From Dicyema japonicum (taxonomy: Eukaryota > Animalia > Dicyemida): a DNA stretch of 64,000 nucleotides. Of the stretch, positions 25,341 through 37,025 are shown in pieces. Where the stretch lies: NCBI GenBank assembly GCA_011109175.1, contig RDEW01000026.1, positions 761,695-825,694 on the forward strand. Direction: 5' to 3'. Each line of letters starts with the position of its first letter. Within the stretch, counting starts at the first letter, position 1. Both the position numbers and the translations under genes were made by a program. A model generated the notes under the pieces. That model did not search any database and had not been told where the DNA came from. It saw only the letters and a program-made list of their open reading frames with translations.

Positions 25341-25515
25341 ACAGAAATTTTGAGCCAATGCCATGTCCAATGAGAAGAGCTGTTCAGGATTCTCGACCCC
25401 GCTGGACTCGTCCTCACCTTTGTCGGTCTGGGATCACTTAGTTAGATGAGAACTTTTATTTTCTTCTTTTTGACCCAGTGATCCTGGGGGTAATAATAAT
25501 AATAATTCGCTAGAA

Positions 25516-25678
25516 CAGTGGTCTCCAACATTTATGTACCTTCGGATTTGCAAGCGTTAGACAATTCTACCGCGGCCCGAGGGGTATATTGTTTACTAGA
25601 AAATTACATGTACTGTCGTACCAACAACAGTCCGATACGGATCTGCATAGGTCCCGTCCCACTGGTTGGGGACCACTG
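25516..25678. mobile_element. hAT (Charlie-like) MITE, 163 bp
   Basis: 14-bp TIR CAGTGGTCTCCAAC / GTTGGGGACCACTG (1 mismatch). Flanks CGCTAGAA and CACTAGAT resemble a decayed 8-bp CTAG-centred TSD. Confidence 0.7.
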
Positions 25679-26121
25679 CACTAGATGAATTCATATACAT
25701 ATTATTCCGACAGATCTGACTACTGGAAATTAGAACTCGTTTCGTTTACGTTTGACATAATCAGCTAGTTAAACAAGAAAACTACGCTTTCTACATCGTC
25801 GAATGGGCCCTATCCTAGACACTACTGTAAGAGTCGTCTATACGAAGGATTGGCTGTAGGTTCCTCACTTCTCTTAAGAACCAGATAATCCACTATGTTC
25901 GTACGTTTCAAGATCAGAAGATTCTCGCTACTTTCTCAGACATCCGTCCCCATCGACATCCTGTGTAGGCAGAAGCACAGACATTTCCAGAAAGCATGGG
26001 GTCTCTCGATGAGCACAGGACGACAAGGTGAACCTGGATCTCCTTACTAGTTCTGTTACTATTACCTTCTTTCTAATATTTCCCGCGTTTATATAAATAA
26101 AATAAAAATAAAAAATATTAA

Positions 26122-27081
26122 ATGGATTTAAAAACCATTTATAATTCATTACATTTTGTTAGAGTACTAAGAAGAGACAATAACTGTAAGAACGCCTTTG
26201 TTCTTTGCAAACGTGAGAATGATCATGCCATTCTAATCTTCCAAAGACAGAATATATCTGATGGAGAAATCAGGGAATGCTAACCTTCAAGAATGACTTC
26301 TCTAATCAAATATCTAACGACGTCTATCACAGATTCCAGGTCGTCACAGATAGCGATCTATGCAGTATTCATGTTGTCTTAATCAAGAAATATCAGTAAC
26401 CTTGATATTCCCAGCAAATCAGGAGCACATTGACAAATACTCGGACAAGGAATGTCTTGTTATGGTTAGGGAGACCTTTACTGACTACGAGATGGCTGTA
26501 CTCCCTTATCTTAGAAGGCGTCAGTTTACTTTAGATGTTGGTACTCTTATAATAATTAGTGGGTGTACAATTTAATTGAGAAGGACTGCGAAAAGGTCGT
26601 TCACAGGGATGGAGATCCTTTGAAAGGGTTCGTTATGGTCCCCGACTTGAAATGGGATCAGAAAGACGTCATGGAGTTGTATACTTTGGCCATATGCAAC
26701 CGAAGGGATATTATGAATATTAGAGACTTGAGAGGAGAACATATTGGGCTTCTGGAAAATATTCTCCATAGCGGAATTGTATTCTTTGTTGTTGTTATCC
26801 CCCAGGCCGCCATCGAGAAGACTTATGACTTTTCTGGGAAGTCTTTGAGGGTATACGTCCACTATTTGCCGACGTTCCACCATTTTCACGTCCACTTTGT
26901 AAGTTTGAAGAGTGGTCTCATGGGTTATCCAATCGGAAAGGCACATTTGCTAGAAGACATTATTGACAATTTGAAAGAAAACCCTAATTTCTACAAGAAG
27001 AGGTCGATCTCATACATTCTCCCAAGTGATGACCCACTCCTTTTGGAAATTGAACTATCTCGGGAACATTCCCAAAACTGA
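26122..27081 (+). CDS. DCPS: m7GpppX scavenger decapping enzyme
   Basis: SNDVYHRF, TLIFPANQEHIDKYS, GFVMVPDLKWD, IRDLRGEH, HIT motif YVHYLPTFHHFHVHF, and KAHLLEDIIDNL. Short introns; apparent 1-nt deletion in the G run at 26273-26275. Confidence 0.93.
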
Positions 27082-27399
27082 TAACTTTGATTTTTGGTTA
27101 ATTTTTTTATGTGAGCTTTGTTGTCAAATGAGGTGGTGATGATGTTTGAGGGCTTCCTCAGGAAACATTCTAAAATGACACATCCTCGGTTGCCTTCTTG
27201 ATGTGAGTACCAAGATACAATGTCGAGCAAATTTCTTCACTTTTTTGTCAACATTTTTACAATGTCTAGTGAGGTGTTTTGTCGTTCCTTTGTGAGACGG
27301 GGAGATGTTAAAGTGGTCAAAAGTCTCTTTTCGTTTCCTCTGTTTATTTTCAATCTCCCATTTTCTGCGTTTTTTTAAATATTTTTTTAGCAATTAAAC

Positions 27400-27990
27400 A
27401 AATGTCAGTTGAGGAAGCCTGCTGCGTGGATTGCGAACGAGTTCCCTCGGAGTATGGCTATTCCAATCTTTTGTCTTAGCCATAACCCTTCTCGTTGATC
27501 CCTTTTCTTGCTGGCAAGCAATCCTCCGAGTTCTCGCAAGAACTCAGCCGTCATTGGACCAACGGCTCCCGATGATTCGGTCGCAACAGGAGTAAATCGG
27601 TAGCGATCCCCGAGGCAAGAATATTTTTGATTTTTAGGTTCTCCGCAGTCGAAGCAGCTGCTCCAGGTGTCTGAACCGATTTAAAAATATTCGTGCTTGA
27701 GAACGTGTCTACACAAGTTGCGTCCCAGACCAAAGAGCTATCAGACGTGAAGGGGAAAAGGGTCATCCCGTCAGGTCTCTTCCACATCTTTTCGATCAAG
27801 ACCCACTGGTTCAAGCTGTGCTGGGAAGCCTATAGCCTTCAGAGCTCTGACGATCACATCGTTCAGAGCAGCATGACGTTTTCTTAAAAGACGTCATGTG
27901 ATTCACTCTTCTAGGAAGTTGCCTAGCGCCTGAGGTGAAGAGGATTCTTCTACTTTTACTGGAGGTTTTGCGAAATCTATAATGGTGGAT
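27400..27990 (-). mobile_element. CRE-like retrotransposon 3' region
   Basis: KRPDGMTLFPF...LVWDATCVDT...AASTAE; ends LWLRQKIGIAILRGNSFAIHAAGFLN*. Confidence 0.8.
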
Positions 27991-28799
27991 ATGGGTAGAT
28001 GAAATCAGCTATCCCTCTTCTCGGTTTTTTACCTTTTTTGCCATCAACAATTTGATGGCACTAAAATCCTAGAGATTATGAAAACTGTCCCCTTCTGGAT
28101 CAAAAAATTAGTAAAAGAAGAGATTCTGATAACCAAAGCTTTGAACTGAAGAGTTTTAAAGGTCCAGTTTCTTGAGGAAGATCAGGTACTTTAGATTATT
28201 GCTCCAGTTGTCTCGACAGCAATCGCGCAACCTTATTTACTTTAGACAAGAGACTGGGAAGACGGACGGTCGAACTGCAGGCAAACAATAAAGCTATTCC
28301 TTTCAGAAAATCCTAAAGGATCCTAGGGGTGACTTTTGACATGCATATGTCATTATCGCCCCATTTGAAAACGTAATTACTGAAAAGAAAATTAATGTTT
28401 TGAAATGCCTCACAGGCTTATGGAAGATCGGAAGCATTCGAAACCGAAACCAATTTATTCAACAGCAAATAAAGAGTTAGTTTAAGAGATATTTAAATGT
28501 GTCCGCCTATGTGGCTTGGACACTTCTGATGCACCCCGTCTTCATTTAGTCTCTTCCTTCGTCGGATCCCATCGATCTTTTTCTCTACAATTTATTTGAC
28601 CGGTGTTAGAATCTTGTCTTCTTCAGTACTGAGAACATCAAATAGTTTTTTTTCCAAAGCCAACTTTATTGCCGACCTTCTGGTTTTTTCCATAAGTAAC
28701 ATAATTCTTTCTCTTTGGCAAGAGAAAAATCAAGCTTCGCATCCATATAGTAGCTCTGAAGAATGATTCTCATGAAGATGAACAAGAAGGTCTCCAAGC

Positions 28800-29980
28800 T
28801 TACGAACAACTTTCTTTGTCTAATGTCCTCTATGAAGGAACCTTTCCCATCGACGACTATCCCGGTAGCGCAGTGAATTTAATTTTGGAATGTCAAGTGA
28901 GTAGGGCTGCGTATGATGCCTCCATAGGCGATGACTTTCAAATAGCTGGACTTCTTAGTGGACAGTTTCATCCCTCTCTTGGTGCACCAGTCCTGTACTT
29001 GTTCAATGAATGACTTGATTCTTTTTTCCGAGAGAGTTGATTTCCTCGATGTATCCGTCATCATAATATCATCAGCGTACATCAATAGTCTAGTGTTCGT
29101 ATCCGGTGGAGTTGGGAAGTCTGATAAGAATACGTTGAACAGAAGTGGGCTCAAGACAGAACCCTGTGGAACTCCCCTCTTCAGTATGATATCTTATGAC
29201 ATATTTACTCCAACACGTACTTGACAAGTCCGTCCTGTTAGAAAGTCCTTTATCCACATGAAAAGTTTCTTTTAAGTATCAGCAGCTGCTAGCCTTAATA
29301 GGAGGGCTTCGTGCCTTGGACATATCCAAACATACCAGGTTGACTAGTCTTTTGAATTCCAGACCTCTCAATACCATTGAATGCATCTGGTAGATGCAAT
29401 CCGTGCATGATTTTCCAGGTCTGAAGCCTCCTGAAGATAATTCGCTCGATAATCTTGGAAATGAGGCTTATCGGCCTATAGCTGAGTGGGTCCCTCCTCG
29501 ATTTTCCCAGTTTCAAAATCATTCTGACTATAGAAGTTTTCAAGCGTTTGGGGACGTAGCCATAATGAATGCTTGAATTGAATAAATTCTTCATTATGGG
29601 AAATAGATCCTCTGGGCCTTCCTTGAACAATCTCATGCTGAGATGGTCATGTTCAGGAGCGTTAGCCTTGCATGTCATGATGACGTCTTCCGTTGTTATC
29701 TTCATTTCAGTATCTTTGAGATCGTCCAAAGAGTAGGTTAAAGTTTCACGTGAAGAATCTAACATCTCCCTTGGGATTAGCTCGATTGGGTTGACCCCCT
29801 GAATGCGGTCTAGTTGCTTCTTAAAGATATCTGGGGCTTCTTCCATAGAACATAATCCACCTTCTGCTTTGGTCAAGGAGATTTTTATGTCATTCCTTTT
29901 CTGCCAGTTATTCTTTTGTAGAACTTCCAGAACGAAGCGTCTTTGATGTTTAGTTTGCTTGCCTCTACCCTCAAACATTG
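28800..29980 (-). mobile_element. Degenerate LINE (RT region)
   Basis: DPLSYRPISL, GVPQGSVLSPLLFNVFLSD and YADD motifs across frameshifts. Confidence 0.8.
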
Positions 29981-30217
29981 TTCTTTCAGTTTTTATAAGA
30001 TTGACTTTTTTACCTAAAGATGTCGTTTCGCTAAAATCTCGTGATGTTTATTAATGAACTTATCCAAAACTTGAAAAAATTAATTAGAGGTCATTTTGAA
30101 TGGAGGCCATTTTGAATGGACACGTATTATTCTTCAAAGTAAAGATTGTTATTTCGTCCGGTCACATTCCGTCTCCCAAAGTGAATTATTTCGGAAATCT
30201 GTTTGGAATAAGAAAAA

Positions 30218-30351
30218 TTTTTTTTTTTTTTGAAATCAATAATTTTTAATGAAAAATAAATCAATAAATATCAGTTGAGGAAGCCTGCTGCGTGGATTGC
30301 GAACGAGTTCCCTCGGAGTATGGCTATTCCAATCTTTTGTCTTAGCCATAA
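30218..30351 (-). mobile_element. Heavily 5'-truncated CRE-like insertion with poly(A) and 12-bp TSD
   Basis: 81 bp identical to 27405-27485. T14 at 30218-30231. ATAAGAAAAATT at 30208-30219 and 30348-30359. Confidence 0.8.
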
Positions 30352-30517
30352 GAAAAATTATAAAATATTTCTGCAATGTCTCGCAGAATTTAGTCAATGA
30401 GACTACAAGAGATCACCGAATTGGGAGGCATCGGGATGCGATAGATTTAACCGTTTATTCAATAACTTAGTACTCCAAGGTGGAACAATAAAAATTAATA
30501 AAAATAAACAAAATCGG

Positions 30518-32105
30518 TCATTCCTTAGTCCCGATATCCTCCCCAGCCACACTTCCACTAACCTCGTCAAAATTACTCGGTTTATTAAAATAGGGTAATT
30601 TACCCCTAATCCAATCATTCAACATCATCTTAGACACACAGTTAATATCAGCCTCCCCGTTCTATATTAACACAATGGTCACTTTAATCAGCTTTCCGGA
30701 TCGTCTAGCCACCTTCTCTAAAAAGTCAGCCTCAGAGTCCCAGTCTTCCACTCCGTAGGCGTTCTGTAGGTGCTTCCTTTCTACTCTCCTCACAACTTCC
30801 TCAGCATAAAAGTCTGGGTTCTCTAGATTCTCAACCCTCACCTACAATTCTCTTACAAACCAACCACTTCCCTTCAAAATAATGTCCATGTCTGACTCCC
30901 CTGACGGGATACACCACTCCCGGACAGTCTATCATGTATATCCTCTTCATCAGAGTCACATATTGCCAGACCTAACTAGCAAACACAAACTACCTTAGTC
31001 TCCCCCGCAACAGGTGCAGCATTACAAACCTTCTTTCCCGAGAGGGCGTTGATGATCGAGGACTTCCCAGTGTTAGGGTACCCGACCAGTCCAACAGAAA
31101 TCTGTCTTCGATTTGAGTGTAGCTAAGAATTATCCCTCAATCACCTTAGCGAACTGCCTCAACAGCTGTATGAGGGCAGACTTCCCAAAACACTTGGTAA
31201 TGTTAGCTCGGAAGGCCAATGTGGGGTACTCCGTAGACAACTGGGTCACCCACCGTTTCTAAGGATCACTACACATACTACCGTCACCCATGTGGGTGTC
31301 AGATCGCACTTATTGAGAACGAATACAAGATGCTTGAAGGGTTTCTCCTTCTTGAGGTAATTCTCAATGTAGGCTGAACGGGTCCCCATCGGATCACGTG
31401 CATCGAGAACTTGAAGGATCACATCAGAAGAGTCGATGACCTAGAATATGTCTAAGGTACCACCTTGAACAGCTCATTCCAGATCCTTCTGGACTGCCCC
31501 TTCTTCACTTCTGGTTGAGAAATCTCAGACTCGATCTCTTCAAAGACTTTGTCCTCGAATTCCTCAAATCTCTTTTTTGCACTGTCCCCGAGTTCATCAA
31601 TGGAAGAGACCGACAAAGAAGCTCGCCTTCTCTGAGCTGATGGACCAAATGTCTCAGAAAAGCTTTCCCGATCGAGGATATGCCACCGTTTGTTTTTCCC
31701 CACCTCTCTAAGGAGGGATATCGGCAGTCTTGTCTGCTTCATGACGACTTGGTAGGGATTTGATAATGCCTTTCCCATCTCCGATTGAAATGTCTGAAGG
31801 TCGTCTTGGGAGACGTAACGGGTGTTCCCTAAAATGAAGAAAAATTTATACCGAACCAGGACCGACTAGGTTGGGTCCGACTAACTGAGCCAGAAGGGGC
31901 CTTCTCCTGGAAGGGAGCAGCCTTTATTATCTTCCCCTTGGAATCCCTGATGGCTGGAAATGTATGGTTACCTTATTGGTTTTGATTTGGCGTACATTAG
32001 AAGACGTTTTGCTGTGGAAGGATCACGCATGTTGCGTTTTTTCCCATTCATTTTATTACGCTCATATTTATTCAGTGATTCGTTAGGTTTTGCTTTCTTA
32101 CCCAT
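30518..32105 (-). CDS. GNL2: Nucleolar GTP-binding protein 2 (NOG2/GNL2), multiple short introns
   Basis: [76 protein letters not shown] and [14 protein letters not shown]. Confidence 0.95.
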
Positions 32106-33399
32106 ACCTCACTTTCTACTATAAACAAATTCCACGTGCACCAACTTCAAATAATTTTAAATTTAAAATAAATAATTACTTAAATTTAAATCTTTTAAAA
32201 TAATTATTTGCTACAAATAATGGATTCAAGGATGAACATGTACTGTGTGGTACCATTGCTGTTAATTAATAAATTAAAAAATTAAATTGCTGTTACTGTA
32301 GTTTTTGGTTTTATTATGTTCCTACTTTATTAAAAATTTTTCTTCCTTATATTTGGAGGCGTTATTGGATCTATTTTACTCAGGAGAAGCCCAATGTTGG
32401 CCCACATTCAAAAGGATCCACATTTCATTCCACCGGGAGATGATTTATTTTTATGGCGACGAGTTCTGCCATTTACCTCAACTTCTCGGATAATGTCTTC
32501 TGGATCACTGTACTTGGGTGAGTGTCTGATTTTCCTCGTCTCTGGAATTCGGGACAAGTTAGTCTGATTTTCTTGGTCTTAGGAATAATTTAATTTTAAT
32601 AATTAATCTGAGTTGGCGATGTCAGTTTTCTATGGCCAGAAATCTTCGGTATACCTTTCGATACGTTAATGAGGTATACTAGTCACGTGAAGAAGTGGAA
32701 TATTTTAAGGATATCACTCAGAAGAGGCCTATCCTCCGATGACTTGTATCGAAAAATTTTATAATCAAATCATTGTTCGATCATCAAGTGCGCTTTATCA
32801 AAGTGCTCAAACCGGGGTTTTACTGGATCGGGGTTGTACTGTTTTATAAAAACTCTTCCGTCTAAGAATGAAGTAATGTCCGCGACGGTAGGACGTGTGA
32901 TGAAAATGGAAGAAGGCGAACCTAATTCTCCACCTCCCTTTTAAAGCGGAAGCCTGTAATATACTATTAGAGATAAATTTGGTCAGCACAAGCAAATGTT
33001 CTTCCTGAGTTCCTTCCTTGTATTAGCTACGACTGTTTGTGCTGGGCTCACCATAGATTGTAAGCCTGAGGTTAATAAATAAAATAAAAATAATAGTGAT
33101 GTGGGTAAGAGGAATCCACCTTATGAGATTGTTGATTAGATAGGTTCGCAGAAAATTTTCCCTAAATTAAAGATCCAATTAAGAAAGGTGATGATTGTGT
33201 GGAAACCAATCAATAACTTGTATTCATCGGGATGTCTAGTAGACATTCTTTGTAATAGAAATACGAGATCATTATTGATCAAAGGGCTAAAGGGGACTAT
33301 TGCAGCCTCCCTCTTTGAGTGATTTCTCATTCTTCTAATCCTATGAAACAAATGACGAAATGATCAGAACTTTTTTTGGAATTAGACAAGTGAAACCAC

Positions 33400-36300
33400 C
33401 ATATAATCGTGTAATATCTGAGACAGACATGTGGTTAAGGCAAACTCATAACAGCATAGTTGTATTTTATTTATCCACCTCGGTCTCTACAAGTTAAGAA
33501 AACTGGCGGCTGAAATGAAAACAATGACTGGAAGCGGGGGTTCCAGAGGACACTTGATTGAATCCGTTGGGGCAAAGTAGAAGCTTAGACAAGAGAATAG
33601 ATGACTCGGTTACGGCCATCAAGGAGGAAGTAGGGGACAGATGATAAGCTCAATTCTCTAGTTTTTCTGCTGTAGACATGTAGGATGTTAATAGCGTGCC
33701 AGATTGACTCGAACTTCCTTAGGCAGGGTAGCTTGAACGTTTGTTACATCCAGGTTTTTGATGGCATTTGTGGTAATCAAGTCATTTACCCCCTTAAGGC
33801 GTAAAGAATCGTTAAAGAGAAAACAAGAAATTATGTGATCCCGGCGAATTCCAATAGTGCTCTCAGCTTGGCCCGATGATCTTTTCTCGATCCAACACGA
33901 GCACGCAATGCAAGAGCGATCATCTGGCATCGTTGATTTTGGCCTCTTTTTTCTTCTTATTAGGTCCTCCAAGGAGGTAGGTGTAGAATTTAGATCGCTT
34001 TTGATCCAGTTTTCTATCAAGGAAAACGCTCTTTTTTGGGTTGCCGCAATTCTCTGGACATTCGTCCAAAAATTGAGGGACCCATGATGCACATGCATGG
34101 CTCGACGTACTGGCTGTATAGTGATGACTTCCTATCTTCCATAAACCAGAGATCCCCTTCAATAGTTTGATTTTCTTTTCACATTTGTTTAAAACATTTC
34201 CCACGTGGCGAGAGAAAGTCATATGGGTGTCCAATAATACTCCCAGGATTATCTGCCATTTTTGGAATGGCAACTAGCTTTCATCTACTTCTATATCCAC
34301 TGTCCTGTTGGATATTCTCTTATCAGAGGTAAGGAGAGACGTAACTGATTTTTCCGGGCTGATTGACAGACTGTTTTCATTTAACCAGTAGATTATGCAG
34401 TTTACAAGTAATCTTTCCGGGGCGACCTGAACGTCTCTGGATGCAATATCAATATCATCTGCGCCATCCTCATGATTTGAGTCGGGATATCACTCAAGAA
34501 AATGTTGAAGAGTATAGGGGACAGAGGAGATCCTTGGGGAATTCCATTTGGAATTAAACGGGAGCTCGACCGTAGTTTTCCAATCGTCCTTTTCGAGGAA
34601 ATTCACTAACCAGAGTTTGAAATTCCCAGGTATATCCGTCTGATAGATTTTCCTGATGAGTTTTTTTTGGGATGGAGTCGAATGCCTTGTGAATGTCTAC
34701 AGAACATAGAATTGTCTTTTTGTGCCTGGGTTTGTTGGTGAACCCCGAGTGAATAAAATCACTCAGGGATAGTAGGTGAGTATCCTTCGAGTGAAGGGAT
34801 TTAAATCCGTGTTGGAATGGTTCTCGGGATTGTTCCTCTGATCTTATGAAGAACTAGTTTTTCCAGAATTTTCGACATTGAAGATAGCAACGATACCGGT
34901 CTGAATGATGCCGAATCGTTTTTTTGGTTTTCCCATCTCCAATATCGGGCGGATGTAGACGAGTTTCCATAGTGAAAGGATCGCGTTTTCCCTTAAAGAA
35001 CCAATTATAGATCTTTGTGAGGGTCCTGATCCCCTCCGGTCCAAGATTTTTCAGCAGGATAACAGGGATTCCATCTGGGCCGTAGGAATATGTAGTCTTC
35101 GTATTGAGCAGTGCTTCTATTACATCCGTTTCTGAAAAGTAGAAAGATAAGCGGTCCCTCTTCGGTTTTTCTAAAGGAAGTTGAATTTTCACATAATACT
35201 TCATAATGGAATTCAGATCCTTCTTGCTGTATTCGGATTCGTGAGTTGGTCTATCATCAGATATGTCCCGAATGATTTTCCATACTTGGGCGGTTGTCTG
35301 ATTTCGGTTCAAAGCTGTGAGAACTCGTGACCATTTTGCTTTCTGCATCTTAAGTTCTTTGGCCTTTATATTTTCATTTAGTGCTTTCAGTCGGAGTTTT
35401 GCCTCGGTTGACGAATTCCAGTCTTTTGATGCTATTTTTTTCCTTGACCAAAGCCATCTTTCCAAAGCCTCTTGTATAGCAGGTGTGTCTTATTTGGACA
35501 GTCATTTCTCCCCCTTGCAGAATGATGTCATTTATGTGATACACCGCCTTGTCAAGGGAGGAGAAATCCTCCAGATTTACGTCAGCCAAACGATATTCAG
35601 TAATAATCCGGAAAAGGTTCCAGTTTGCGGATTTGTATATGTAGGTCGGCTTCTTCTCATCACAAAATACCTCCCTCCTGATCTTCAATAAAATAGGATC
35701 GCTTCTGGTATCGTATATGACGGAACAAGAAACTCTTGTAAAGATAGTTGGAGAGCAGAGAGTGATGTCTGGAAATGTAGGTTGGTCAGAATTCCTGAAA
35801 AGGTTCTTGTGTGTTTCGAAAAGTCGTTAATGATCATCAGATTTCCAAACTGAGAGAATATAGTCTTCCTCTTGCATCGGCAGGCTGACTTGACAGCCAA
35901 AGGGGATGTTTGGAATTCAGGTATCCGCATATCAAGATATCCCCCATATTTTCCAAAGTAGAATAGTCAACCATTGAATACTTCTTAGGGCATGAGCCAA
36001 GAGGACGTTCACCAGAAACAATTTTCCTTCTGTTGAACTCACAGAGATTCCAATGGTTTCCGTGGTTACATCGTCCCCAAGGAGTTTCTTTATTTCTGAT
36101 GAATAGTCCTGATAATTGAGTCCCTTTCTAATGATCGTTTGTAGTCCACCTCCACATTTCTTTGTACGATCTATCCGAATAACATTGAATCCAGGAAAAA
36201 TAGGAGTAGAGTCCTTCAGAGTCAATTTAGACTCTTGAACTAGTAGGATGTCAATTTTGATTTTTGATATGAGTGTTCTGAGCTCAAAGATTTTACCCTT

Positions 36301-36500
36301 GATTCCAATCACGTTGAGCTGGATCACTGATATCCGGTCCTTTTGTTTTCGAGGGGCACACGTCCGGGAAGCTGATAACGATCCAGAAATTCGCAAACCA
36401 AGGGTGACATAACTTTCCGGTGGAAGAAAGCAAATGGTCCATTTCTGTAGTGCGTTACGCGCACTCTGAGCGCCTCTATCTGGTGGACTACATGAAACGT
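33400..36500 (-). mobile_element. Degenerate near-full-length APE-RT LINE
   Basis: APE motif QLNVIGI...LLVQESKL (ORF 35932-36396), SYGPDGIP and LGVLLDTHMTF. Many frameshifts. Confidence 0.85.
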
Positions 36501-36691
36501 TTTCAAATTAACTTTAGATCAATATTCTTGGATTAATAGAAATAATAAAAATTTATATTATATTTATATTAAATTAAATTACGTTTAAATATTAATTTAT
36601 TTTTACTGGTTAACCTATTTTAGAATAAATTTTAGATTCTTCCTATTTCTGAATCTACCTAAACTAATCATTTGTTGTTTGTATATTTAAA

Positions 36692-37025
36692 ATGTTCGCT
36701 TCAAAATCAAATGGAAATCGTAACATTAATAAACCCAGTGGGAAAAAAAAGATTCCAATGAAATATATAGATGACGATATAAAGAGAAGACAATCTCTAA
36801 GCAAAAGGAAACATGGAATAATAAAAAAGGTTATTTCCATTAAAATTACTATAGGCTGGTGAATTGGCGACTCTGACGGGAAGTGAGATCGCAGTGATAA
36901 TATACAGTCCGACAAAGATTTTCTCCATTTTTTCGACGGATAAGTTCAAACCCTTCTTCGAGGGAGAAAATGGAATGAGGACCCTTTCTAGAATCCTCGA
37001 CGGGGATGAAAATATTAACCTTTAA
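36692..37025 (+). CDS. SRF: SRF-type MADS-box transcription factor, 102 aa, one 25-nt intron (36830-36854)
   Basis: MFASKSNGNRNINKPSGKKKIPMKYIDDDIKRRQSLSKRKHGIIKK/AGELATLTGSEIAVIIYSPTKIFSIFSTDKFKPFFEGENGMRTLSRILDGDENINL*. ELxTLTG and F.T.K..P.....G match the SRF MADS and SAM segments. Exons are 138 and 171 nt. Confidence 0.85.

Noticed and set aside
25740-25930. Second rRNA fragment (GAAGGATTGGCT and GTATAGACGAC-like words)
   Set aside because: Only short matches, on inconsistent strands, with no colinear LSU motifs.
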